From Octopus bimaculoides (lineage: Eukaryota): a stretch of 37,425 nt of DNA. The stretch covers positions 157,419,869 to 157,457,293 of the forward strand of contig NC_068982.1 of the NCBI RefSeq assembly GCF_001194135.2, written 5' to 3'. Positions within the stretch are counted from its first letter, which is position 1, and each line of letters starts with the position of its first letter. A model generated the notes under the pieces. The model did no database searches. It saw nothing but the letters and a program-made list of their open reading frames with translations, and had not been told where the DNA came from. This document shows positions 11,572-23,135 of the stretch, piece by piece. Both the position numbers and the translations under genes were made by a program.

Positions 11572-12110
11572 ATATAGATACATCTCTAATTTCCTGTTTA
11601 TACAAGTGTATCTCAGTGTGCCTGTTTATATACAAATATCTATGTGTCTGTATTTGTGTGTGCGTGTGTGCGTGTGTGTGAAGCGTACCTGAGTGTGTGT
11701 ATCTTAGTGCGCGCACATGTTATAAACGAACAGGTATAGATGTGTAAGTGTATGCGTGTTGCGGATGGGTGAACAGAGGACACGGGGGTATATTACTAAC
11801 ACTGATGTTTGTGTCATTTTTTAATTTATTTATTTCACACCCAACTCAACTGCAACGCCCCACCACATACACACAAACACACACTCAATATGATTGCTCA
11901 ATCAACTCTCAATGCCTCCCCCACCGACGTCAATCTCTTTTACATACTACACCTCTGACTTCTCAATATGTGTTCAATCGCATAATAAATCATACATGTC
12001 AAAATAACGATTTCACCACCAGATCCATTGTTTCATACACCTGCTTAATAATAATAATAACAACAACAACAACAACAACAATAATAGTAGTAGTAATAAT
12101 AATAATAATA

Positions 12111-12159
<49 letters not shown>

Positions 12160-12460
12160 TAATAATAATAGTAATGATAATAATAAAATCGTACTTTTGC
12201 TTGTTATTTGTATTTTTTGATTGTGTTTATAGTTAGTTACATTTGTTGCTGTTATTGATGTTGTTGTTGGTTTTGTTGTAGGACATGCTGCTGTAGTCAT
12301 AGCTGTTATTACCTATTTTCTCATTTTGTTTATGTAATTAGCTCGTTTGTATTATCCTACTTTGCTTCAAATACATCAGACATATGATTGTGTTATCAAG
12401 TTGTCTGTGTGTGTGTGTGCACGTGTGCAAATATAGGAGCGTGCGTCAGTGTGAGTGCGT

Positions 12461-12496
<36 letters not shown>

Positions 12497-12859
12497 ATAC
12501 GTGTGCTAGTGTGCGTGCTGAAGTGCTGTTTGTATTTGGAGTATTGATGCCGTGTAGGACGTGCAAGAGTAAAGCCAATAATAGGAAGGATAAAAATGGA
12601 GAGGATGGAGAGCTACTTTCAAGTTTTCATGTTTGGTTGTGTTTGCATATAATTCGCACTAATGGCAACGGCTGCGCCTTCATAAACGCATGGACACATA
12701 GGTCCATGATTATATAGTTACAAGAAAGTTATTTCGCAAGCAGATGGTTTCGGGATCGAAATCATTGCGCTACATCATGATCTAGTTCGCGATATCATGT
12801 GAACGCAAGCCGTGAATATATATAATGTGTTCTCCACTATTTCGTATAAGTCTAAGTCC

Positions 12860-13022
<163 letters not shown>

Positions 13023-13124
13023 AGAGGCTGTGGTGGGTAAATTGTCGCTGTTTTATATATTTAATTTCGCAACAGCTTTCTTGGCTTTCGCGCCGGAAGC
13101 GCCAAGACGAACATTTCAGATTGT

Positions 13125-13495
13125 TTGGATGTCAATCTATGGACAGTGCAATCTGAGGACATATCGATTTTGATAAAAATCAAACATCCAATCAACATCA
13201 ATGTGTTTGCAGTGATCGGTAGTGATGACGACGTTATGCCTCCATTCATCTTCGCACATGGCCTCAGACACAACACGGAGGTTTACATGAAGTGCCTGGA
13301 GGAGGTAGAGCTACCCTGGGTCAAGAGGGTGGCTGCTAGAAGACCCTACATCTGGCAACAGGACTCTGCACCATGTCACAAAAGCAGGAGAACCCAATTA
13401 TGGCAGTCAGACGATTTCTGCGACCATATCAACCCTAACATCTGACCACCTACCTCCTCAGACTGCAACCCCTTACATTATTATGTGTGGAGCGC
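13125..13495 (+). pseudogene. DD37D transposase catalytic-domain fragment
   Basis: KHP.....VMPPFIF...WQQDSAPCH...I*PPTSSDCNPLHYYVWSA. There are 37 residues between the second Asp and the position of the third Asp (GAT>CAT here). TGA replaces the Trp of the WPP motif. Cut at 13496 by a SINE. Confidence 0.85.
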
Positions 13496-13896
13496 AAGGC
13501 GGTGAGCTACCAGAATCGTTAGCACATATTTTATCTGCTGCTGCGTTCTGAGTTCAAATTCCGCCGAGGTCGACTTTGCCATTCATCCTTTAGGAGTCGA
13601 TGAAATAAGTACCACCTACACACTGGGTCGATATAATCGACTAGCCCCCTTCTCCCCCAAATTTTCAAGGTCTTGTGCCTAGAGTAGAAATAATTATTTT
13701 CACCCATCTTCATGTTCTGAGTTCAAATTACGCCGGGGTTGACTTTATCTTTCATCCTTTTGGGGTCGATAAATAAAGTACCAGTGAAACACTGAGATCG
13801 ACGTAATCGACTACTTCCCTCCTCAAAATTTCAAGACCTCTTGCCTTCAGCAGAAAACAACTGTTAGCACGCTGGACGAAATGCTTTGGGTTATTT
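13496..13896 (+). mobile_element. Stack of SINE family A copies (about 13496-13698, 13711-13855, and the start of a third running into the gap)
   Basis: Repeated GTTCTGAGTTCAAATT..GCCG..GT.GACTTT..C.TTCATCCTTT..G.GTCGAT.AAATAA.GTACC. Confidence 0.85.
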
Positions 13897-14449
13897 NNNN
13901 NNNNNNNNNNNNNNNNNNNNNNNNNNNNNNNNNNNNNNNNNNNNNNNNNNNNNNNNNNNNNNNNNNNNNNNNNNNNNNNNNNNNNNNNNNNNNNNNNNNN
14001 NNNNNNNNNNNNNNNNNNNNNNNNNNNNNNNNNNNNNNNNNNNNNNNNNNNNNNNNNNNNNNNNNNNNNNNNNNNNNNNNNNNNNNNNNNNNNNNNNNNN
14101 NNNNNNNNNNNNNNNNNNNNNNNNNNNNNNNNNNNNNNNNNNNNNNNNNNNNNNNNNNNNNNNNNNNNNNNNNNNNNNNNNNNNNNNNNNNNNNNNNNNN
14201 NNNNNNNNNNNNNNNNNNNNNNNNNNNNNNNNNNNNNNNNNNNNNNNNNNNNNNNNNNNNNNNNNNNNNNNNNNNNNNNNNNNNNNNNNNNNNNNNNNNN
14301 NNNNNNNNNNNNNNNNNNNNNNNNNNNNNNNNNNNNNNNNNNNNNNNNNNNNNNNNNNNNNNNNNNNNNNNNNNNNNNNNNNNNNNNNNNNNNNNNNNNN
14401 NNNNNNNNNNNNNNNNNNNNNNNNNNNNNNNNNNNNNNNNNNNNNNNNN
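13897..14449. other. Assembly gap (other gaps: 14795-14804, 21057-21163, 24270-24373, 29029-29717, 34729-35117, 35696-35947)
   Basis: Runs of N. This gap starts inside a SINE; the others are flanked by (TA)n/(TG)n. Confidence 0.99.
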
Positions 14450-14610
14450 GCCGTGATTGAAGCCAATGGTGATTTTTATTGAATAAATTTATTCTTTATT
14501 TATTGAAGATATCTTAATGTAATATTGGTAAATATATCTGTTAAAATGAGATGTCGGTGTTATTTTTAATTTTGCGTAATTTAGACGACAGTTTATTCAC
14601 TGCATCCTGC

Positions 14611-14709
<99 letters not shown>

Positions 14710-14804
14710 TGTGTGTAATCTTATGCACACACACACACACACATACACACACACATATATATACAAACATATATATATATATATATATATATATNNNNNN
14801 NNNN

Positions 14805-14844
<40 letters not shown>

Positions 14845-16933
14845 ATTTAGCACTATTTACCAACAGAGGTTGGTAATAAAGAATAGATTATAATATTATT
14901 TTCCTCTGAAGATGTTGCGTCTTAACGGGATTAACGAATCACTATATAACGATTACCGCACAATACCCTAGTGTACGCTAGTGAAACACATGTAAAGAGT
15001 ATATAATTGATGATGTTTTAATAAAAATTTTACCCAATGCTGTTTTATTTTACTTTCCTTTAGATACGCACGCAAACACACACGCTATGTTTGTGCAGGT
15101 GTGTCAGATGTCATCCAAAATAAATTCTTGATTTATTGAAATTGTTTTCGCCTCCAGAGGATATGCCATAATTACCAAATTGGAATTAAAAGAAGAGTTA
15201 ATCCCAAGATTTAAGAATTCGCCAAATGCAACATGCCTTTAAGCTGAAGAACAAGCGTATTGTTTGGAAATAAGAGAAGGGTTGTGAGTGCGTGTTTCTT
15301 GCTCCATAATGGTTGCAATACAAGTCTCCTGTCTTCTCTTCTGTAAATAGTGGACTTAGTCTTATACAAAATGGTGTAGAGCACATTTATGCCTTAAGTA
15401 ATTGCATACGTTAAAATTTAGCTAAGAGTTTCAGTTGCATGTATTTAAACTATACACATAAACATACACATACATACGGTACAACATCATGTTCTTTTGC
15501 CTAACCCATCTACATCATATGTTCCAGTGCTTAACCGTTCGGCACAGCTATATCTTCAAAGCACATTTTACCAGATCTCACTGTTATCAAGTCTCCTTGA
15601 TGTGGAATTATTCCATACTATCTTTAGACATTTCATCAAACCTTTCACCAGCTTTGTAATTAATATATTCTTTTGTCGTTCTCTCCTCTTCACAGAATTA
15701 ACATTTTTATCTCTCCTTTGCATATTTTAGTTTTTAAACTTTGTTCCATATTTATAAGTTCCACACTCATACACCTGCATACACATCTATATCACTCTAT
15801 CCACTTTTCTATTGCTTTTTCATTTGCTTCCCTTCCAAATATTTTTACTAGTTCCTCACACTCCATCAAACCTCGCTGACGTTTCCCAGAGTATTTTGCG
15901 ATTTCGAAATAAATTTTGTTCAACCTTTTTTCCTCTCGCATATTTCATACCGACAACGTCATTTTTCGCTGTATTTCTTCAAAACCTATTTCCGTCTAGA
16001 AACATTTCTTTCCCTTTTGCTTATTTTACTTACAACCATTTTTCCGTGAGAAGACATTTCACACGCATACACTTGAACATACAACTCTTCCACCTTCTAC
16101 GTCACATTTGCCTTTCTATTTACCTCACAGTTGCAACCGCTCCTACTTCTTCCCTTCTATGTTTTCGTCATATACAATAAACGATTACACACAGAATGTG
16201 TGTGTGCGTGTATATATTCATATTTTTTACGTATGAAGTTTGTGTATACTTTAATGTTTCATGACAGGTGTTTGTGTGTGTATGTGTGTGGATACGACTG
16301 AGTAGGTGATATAAGTAATAACACGCATGCAATCATAACGTTTTTGTGGAATTAAAAGCCAAGTAACAATTGATATAAATATTTGGTGCTGGGGCGGAAA
16401 GGAATGATTGACGGTGTGTCAAGTAGACAACTATATGGTACTCAGAGGTGTACCTTAGTTCAGTTTAAGGAAGAAGACTGCCATGGATATTAACAATAGC
16501 TGCAAGTAATAAAGCGACAATGACAACAGCAACGGGAACAACGAATTTAGTCTCCCATATCTCCAATGTATGAAAATGATTAGACCATTAAATTAACTAA
16601 GTAAATTATATATACATACAAAGGCACTTACACACACTCACGCGCATACAGACAAACACACACACACACACGCACACACACACACACATACACACACAAG
16701 CACAAACACACACACACACACAAATACATACACATATATCTTTATCCATACATATATATATATATATACACAGCTACACAATAGACACATAGAGACGTAC
16801 ACACTCATATATATTTATATATGTATATAATACACACAGAGATAAACACACACACGCACACATATATTTGCAAGCATGTATATGTATATATATTTTCACA
16901 CATACACACGTCCTCATATACGTTCTTGTGTGC

Positions 16934-16987
<54 letters not shown>

Positions 16988-16992
16988 CTGTA

Positions 16993-17031
<39 letters not shown>

Positions 17032-17575
17032 CTTTATACACGCACACACAAATATACATCTCATATATACACACATATAGAAATATATATAGTCGTACAA
17101 ACATGCACAGACATACATACACGCACACATACATATATGACAATCATACATACATACATGCATGCATACATGCATATATATACACATATGTGAGGTAACA
17201 AGAGAAAATTGCTTACTCTAATATATAGATGTGTAACTGACTGTTACGGTTTCGCTCTTGACTGCGGCTATTTGTTATTTTATATGTGCCGGGTGAACCG
17301 TGTCGCTTCCTGTGTGACACATACGCCTGAGCATACGACAGTTTGTAATAAACGTTATGTCTTGTTTTTTGTTCGCACTTCGAACGGATATCCGTTATTG
17401 TATGTGGTTAATCCACAGCTACTTTAATGTGAAACCCCCAACAACATCACCACGGCCACCACAAACACTAACACAACCGCCATCAACAAAAACAACACCA
17501 TACCGACACCAATATCACCACCATCAGTACGGGCACCGGCACCAACACCTACGCAATTACCATCGTCATCATGAC

Positions 17576-17632
<57 letters not shown>

Positions 17633-17776
17633 ACTCCCATTACGACGACGACCACCACCACCACCACCGCCACTAACCACTATTACTAACACCACTACCA
17701 CCACCACCACTACTATCCCCTATTACCACAACCACCACCACCACCACCACAACCACCACTAACCCCTGTTACCTAC

Positions 17777-17862
17777 GGGTATATGGTAGTGGTTAAGAGC
17801 GCGGGCTACTAACCCCAAGATTCCGAGTTCGATTCCAGGCTGTGAGCTGAATAATAATAATG

Positions 17863-17914
<52 letters not shown>

Positions 17915-18100
17915 TAACAGTAGCATCAAAACATACTTTAGGAATGAGAACCCAGGTTCGAAATTTCCCCAGCACACCTGAAGAAGGCTGGAGCGTATAT
18001 CAGCCGAAACGTTGTGTTGACAACAAACAAGATGAGGACAAGTATCCGTCAAATGTAAATAATGTATATAATTCCTCATCTCTCAAATATATAACTGTAC
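17777..18100 (+). mobile_element. tRNA(Arg)-like-headed SINE with internal (ATA/ATG)n array and hammerhead-containing tail
   Basis: A-box-like TGGTAGTGG (17784-17792), 7-nt loop CTACTAA, and AAGATTCCGAGTTCGATTCCAGGC, which resembles the tRNA-Arg(ACG) T-arm as I recall it. Trinucleotide array 17850-17917. The tail is shared with 11314-11377. Confidence 0.8.
17974..18017 (+). ncRNA. Minimal type I hammerhead ribozyme motif (Penelope-type)
   Basis: Stem I ACAC(17974-77)/GTGT(18014-17); core CTGAAGA(17978-84); extra A(17985); stem II GGCTG/CAGCC with a 10-nt loop; GAA(18006-08); palindromic ACGT as stem III (18009-12); predicted cleavage after U18013 (GUU). Confidence 0.7.
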
Positions 18101-18739
18101 TAGAAACCCTGTCTTTCACACAGTCTTGCAGGTAAACTGCAGTTGGTGGATATTCTTGGACAAAAAAGAAATCATAGAGGATTATACTAAATTTATGTAC
18201 TTGGAATGTACACACCCTTTCGACAGCATCAAACTGATCAAAAAGTATAACTACATTGTTTGGAAAAGAACTGGCTAGCTACGAGGTGGCTGTAACAGAG
18301 TCAACTCGAGATACACCTTCTTCTAGAGTGGTGAGAAGTGTCGAGAGCTGACCTTAACTTTACCATCGAGTTACTCAATCTTGCTACAGCACCAGAGGGA
18401 CGGGAAAGCAATACTTGCGCCCTATAATCGTTGCTTATACTCCAACAATGACAAATCCAGGAAACACAAAGGTAAAGATATATGTAGAGTCAGAAAGGTT
18501 CCTAGTGACTTCAATATCAGGAGTATGGAAATGTCATTGGTAGGTATGATATTAGAAGCTGGAAGAGCAACAGTATCCTGCTTCTCAGGTCATGTGACAC
18601 CTATGGCATAACTTGCTACTATAATCATATAATCATATTCCGTCTGCCTTTCTGGAATGAAACATCGTGGATGCGCCTCAGCATCAAATTTTGACATCTG
18701 ATGAAGCTTCACCATCTTGAGAACCTGTGGGTGACAACG

Positions 18740-19260
18740 TCCATGTGTACTTCTGTATGCATCTTAGTCTAAGCGCGAGGAAAACTGAATTGCACATCCA
18801 GTCCAAGGGGAGACCCCAGAGACAAATTCTTTCAAGTGACATATCTTCAAGTCAATGACTAAAAATGTTCAACCATCTTCACAAACTGGAGTGCAACATG
18901 ATTCATGTCCCATTAGAACAAGGCAGCATTGAAGAATTTCGGGCCTTCTTGTAAGACATCTCTACCGAACTATCTAAGAGCACATCTAAAAGGATTGGTA
19001 CTTTGGATACACCCCAGAAGCAATCTCCGGACACATCCACACCATATATAACACACAGCCCTAAGTTTAAGAGATCTGAATACAACCCTGAGTTTAGGAT
19101 GAACAATATACATGCACACGTCAGCATAAATTGTAGTTATTGCCTTCTTCCAAATTCTATTCAATTCGTCACTTTGAGACTATGAAAGCAAATACCTTCG
19201 CAGACTGCGGTACCATGAGACTGCACTCCGAAAGTGTCAGTTTCAATGCAAACCTTTAAT
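18740..19260 (+). pseudogene. Possible highly degenerate Crypton/DUF3504-like tyrosine recombinase relic
   Basis: Motifs appear in the expected order across shifting frames: HLSLSAR (18760-18780), SCPI (18903-18914), WY (18996), YITHSPK resembling YTNHSLR (19045-19065), TTL..G, and SSL*DY resembling SLRxY (19166-19183). Comparison is to remembered consensus only. Confidence 0.35.
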
Positions 19261-19424
19261 CTCAAAGCCATGCCTGCGACCATCTCTTATTGGTTTCATC
19301 TGTGCAAGTCACAATTTGTTCAACAGAACATGTGAATAAAAGATAGATTATATATTTCATGAAAAAAGAGAAAATAATTAAAGGAAGGTTATTCTAAAGC
19401 AATAAGGGTAACAGTATCGAAAAG

Positions 19425-19635
19425 TAAACTGGTGTAATATTTGCTGTGTACTCATAGCCAAAACGTACTACCTAGCTCCAGCATTTTCTGAGATACTGGA
19501 ACTGATACACAATCAAATAAAGAAATACCTTTGACATTAATAAAAAAAACAAAAATAGCAGTTAGGCACTGCATTATTATAAGGCTATATTAAATGATAT
19601 GATGCTGGTAGTGGTGCACAATATATTTATGAAAA
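19425..19635 (+). repeat. Diverged direct repeat A (partner A' about 21745-21960)
   Basis: Collinear blocks AAACTGGT.TA.TATTTG.T.TGTACTCAT.GCCAAAAC...GACATTAATAAAA...GTGCACAATATATTTATG; roughly three-quarters identical by eye. Confidence 0.75.
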
Positions 19636-19861
19636 TAGAACACAGTTTAGTTTATAAAGACAAGCTAATTCATAAATCATTCAAATGTGTATTCATCCGT
19701 GATATTAGAAATTTAAGTGTATGACAAATATAACGCTGTTTATATCAACAGCTATAATTTCACTTGCTTAAATACCTGTTGACAGTAAATAGACATAAGA
19801 TCAATCTATATCACTGTAGCGTAGTTCACTCAGCAGTTAACATATCTCAGTAAAACTATAA

Positions 19862-20020
19862 GGTGAGCAATAAGAGTTATAAAATCTTACATGGCTTTAG
19901 CGGATTTCGAAAACGATCAAGTGCAGTATTCCAAATAAGAAACTCATGCACTTATTTATCAAAACTTATTACGGACTTCTTTGTTTTGATTATCAGCGAT
20001 TTTGATCGAGCGTACATAGT
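19862..20020 (+). repeat. Direct repeat B (partner B' 20823-21032)
   Basis: GTGAGCAATAAGAG...TAAAATCTTAC.TGGCTTTAGCGGATTTCGAAAAC...TTATTTATCAAAACTTATT.CGGACT...TTTTGATCGAGCGTA.ATAGT. Confidence 0.85.
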
Positions 20021-20088
20021 GTTTGTGTGCATATATGTGTGTGCACGCGCGTGTATGTATACATATATATTTTACATTATATTGAATA

Positions 20089-20131
<43 letters not shown>

Positions 20132-20164
20132 TGTGTGTGTGTGTATGTATGTATGTATGTAAAA

Positions 20165-20675
20165 TCTATAATCTTTAATCTTTATTCGTTAATCTTAATA
20201 TAAATTTGAGTGATGTTTCGCTGTCGTTACATTTTTACGTTCGTTAACTCCTCCTACACCATTTGCGCAAAGACATCGAAACTCAAACCAGCAACTCCCC
20301 TAATCGCAGGGAATGTCCCAAGTGGATTTTTTTTTAAGGGCCGGCTAATTGGGACCCCACTGCCTCCTCCCATTTGTACATTTGTACTGCATTTTACACT
20401 AAATACATGGTATTGGCGACCAAATCGAAGCAACGAAATTCATACCATGAACTTCCAGGGAATATCGCAAGTAGGCTTAATTTCTGAAGGGCCGCTTAAA
20501 TGGGGCACCGCTGACCCCATATTTTTACTGCATTTACCTCGCTCTTACGTTTATTGTTTAAACTATGATCAGCATTAGATATCTTCACGTACATTTAAAT
20601 CGAGATAAAGGGTTATAACAAGTACGTTTCAAGTGTGTTCGTGCGGTAGTGTGGACATACTAGACTTGTGTCTAG
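20165..20675 (+). mobile_element. Probable non-autonomous Helitron
   Basis: 5' A|TCTATAATC...; 3' degenerate GC hairpin TGTTCGTGCGGTAGTGTGGACA followed by CTAG (20660-63) and CTAG|T (20672-75); no TSD; internal imperfect direct repeats beginning AAGGGCCG (about 20337 and 20488). Confidence 0.45.
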
Positions 20676-20822
20676 TATACATACATATAAACACACACAC
20701 ACACATATACAAACACACATATGTACAACATGGGACCACTTACGTGTTTACCCATTACTTTGAGAGATCTTCCGTCGCGCAAGTCATTTGAAGGAAGAGG
20801 TGTTATAGTAACCAGTTTCGAA

Positions 20823-21032
20823 GTGAGCAATAAGAGAAGCTGTAAAATCTTACTTGGCTTTAGCGGATTTCGAAAACTATTAAGTGAAGGATTCCATATA
20901 GGAAACTCGTGCACTAAGATCTAACAAAATAGTTTTTTTTGTTTGTTTTTGATTTCTTATTCTTATTTATCAAAACTTATTTCGGACTCCTATGTTTTGA
21001 CTATCAGAAATTTTGATCGAGCGTAAATAGTC
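20823..21032 (+). repeat. Direct repeat B' with an internal insertion of about 50 bp
   Basis: Same blocks as B, with an extra T-rich segment at about 20915-20960. Confidence 0.85.
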
Positions 21033-21170
21033 ATAATATATATATATATATATATANNNNNNNNNNNNNNNNNNNNNNNNNNNNNNNNNNNNNNNNNNNN
21101 NNNNNNNNNNNNNNNNNNNNNNNNNNNNNNNNNNNNNNNNNNNNNNNNNNNNNNNNNNNNNNNATATATG

Positions 21171-21248
21171 CTGAGACCCCCTTCGGTCATGGCTGACCAT
21201 GGGATTGCACCTAGAAAGTTACCCTCCCAGGCACAAGTCCAGGCAAGG
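21171..21248 (-). mobile_element. 5'-truncated 3' tail of the family B SINE seen at 22851-23135
   Basis: Revcomp ...GGGTAACTTTCTAGGTGCAATCCCATGGTCAGCCATGACCGAAGGGGGTCTCAG then CATATAT. Confidence 0.75.
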
Positions 21249-21290
21249 ACACTGAGCCATGTGCCTTCACAGACACACACATACACGCAT

Positions 21291-21372
<82 letters not shown>

Positions 21373-21744
21373 ACTCACACATATATATATAAATTATTTA
21401 TATATTGCTGCAAACAGTTACTGGAGACACTTAGTGTACAGATATAATCATTTGCAATTCACACAATATACAGTGTTTAGAAAGAAAGCATTAAGTACTA
21501 ACATCAATTATTTGATTGTAATATTTAGTCTTGACATCAATAAATAATGCAATGCATTATTATGCTACAAGTAAGTAAATTTATTAATTGTTGCAGTTTT
21601 TAATATTTACTTACTTCATTGGATGACTTTTCTTCAAAAATATGGCGCAAAGCTAAACATTCTCCCCGATTTATAAAAGGGCAAACACACAAAATCAAAC
21701 AAAAGCGGAAAAACAGACACACATGGAGAAAGTTTCTACAAGGA

Positions 21745-21960
21745 AACTGGTATATTATTTGATATGTACTCATTGCCAAAACATGTACTATCTTGCTTCA
21801 GTATTTTCTGAGTTACAGGAATTGAAACGCAATCATATAAACAAAGACCTTAGACATTAATAAAATAAACAACAAAATGTTAAGAAGGTACTTCATTATT
21901 ACGAGGATATCTTGAACGAGGTGAATGTTGACAGTAGTGCACAATATATTTATGGACGTA
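21745..21960 (+). repeat. Diverged direct repeat A' (partner 19425-19635)
   Basis: Same collinear blocks as repeat A. Confidence 0.75.
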
Positions 21961-21992
21961 GAAAGCACTTATTATTATCTAGTAGAAAGTAG

Positions 21993-22210
21993 AAGGCAGC
22001 GAGCTGGCAAAATCGTTAGCACGCTGGACGGAATGCCTAGCGGTATTTCGCCCGTCGCTACCTTCTGAGCTCAAATTCCGCCGAGGTCGACTTTCCCATT
22101 CATCCTTTCGTGGTCGATAAATTAAGTACCAGTTAAGTACTGGTTCGATGTAACCCTAACCCTAACCCTTCCCCAAATTTCAAGTCATGTGCTTATAGTA
22201 GAAAGGATTA
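21993..22210 (+). mobile_element. SINE family A copy carrying a (TAACCC)3 patch
   Basis: Full head, core and tail. TAACCCTAACCCTAACCC at 22151-22168. Confidence 0.9.
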
Positions 22211-22252
22211 TCTATTAGAAAGTATTTGTTAACGACCTTGATTGACAATATT

Positions 22253-22643
22253 CTTTTCTACTCTAGGCACAAGGCCCGAGATTTTTTGGAAAGAGGGCCA
22301 GTCGATTAGATCGACTCCAGTACGCAACTGGTACTTAATTTATCGACTCCAACAGGATGAAAGGCAAAGGCGACCTCAGCGGAATTTGATCTCAGAACGT
22401 AAAGACAGACGAAATACCTATTTCGTTATTGCCCACAAGGGGCTAAACATAGAGGAAACAAACGAACAGATTAAGTCGATTACATCGACCCCAGTGCGTA
22501 ACTGGTACTTAATTTATCGACCCCGAAAGGATGAAAAGCAAAGTCGACCTCGGCGGAATTTGAACTCAGAACGTAACGGCAGACGAAATACCGCTAAGCA
22601 TTTCGCCCGGTGTGCTAACGATTCTGCCAGCTCACCGCCTTAT
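22253..22643 (-). mobile_element. Composite dimeric SINE (head + core + tail B + core + tail A) with a 15-bp TSD
   Basis: TTGATTGACAATATT at 22238-22252 and 22644-22658. Internal junction motif CAGACGAAATACC at 22406-22418 and 22580-22592. Confidence 0.85.
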
Positions 22644-22850
22644 TTGATTGACAATATTGATTTATACATGCATAACGAAAAACGGACAAAAAGGAAAACA
22701 ACGAAGGTAACTATTACAATAACGAAGGTAACTATTACAACTTCAACAACAAAAGCAGCAATACTTCCTTGGAAGTGAAAATGTAAGACGTCAATGGTGA
22801 AATCAAGCAACAAATTAACCAACATTTATATCGACTATACATGGATCGGG

Positions 22851-23135
22851 ATGGCTCCGTGATTAGAGCATCGCGCTCACAATCATGAGGTAGCGTGTTC
22901 GATTCCTGGATAGGGTTGTGTGTTGTGTTCTAGAGCAACACGCTTTATTTCACGTTGTTCCGGTTCGCTCAGCTGTAGACATGAGTTGCCTCACCCTTGG
23001 ATAACATCAGAGGCGTTGAGTAGACACAGGATACATGGTCGACTGCTGGTCTTCCATGAACAACCTTGTCCGGGTTTGTGCCTTAGAGGGGAGCCTTCTC
23101 GGAGCAATCGCATGGCGATTCATGACCGAAGTTGG
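22851..23135 (+). mobile_element. tRNA-derived SINE family B
   Basis: A-box-like TGGCTCCGTGATTAG, B-box GTGTTCGATTCC, core TTTATTTCACGTTGTTCCGGTTCGCTCAGCTG, and tail GCAATCGCATGG..TCATGACCGAAG. Confidence 0.75.

Noticed and set aside
15500-16180. Strongly strand-biased stretch (also about 30900-31400), possibly an old LINE
   Set aside because: No RT or endonuclease motif could be read in any frame, so it cannot be assigned.
17777-17850. Functional tRNA gene
   Set aside because: The acceptor and anticodon stems do not close, and the sequence runs into a SINE body; it is a tRNA-derived head.
22242-22778. 178-aa ORF with an internal repeat
   Set aside because: It is the antisense reading of the dimeric SINE; the repeat is the duplicated SINE core.
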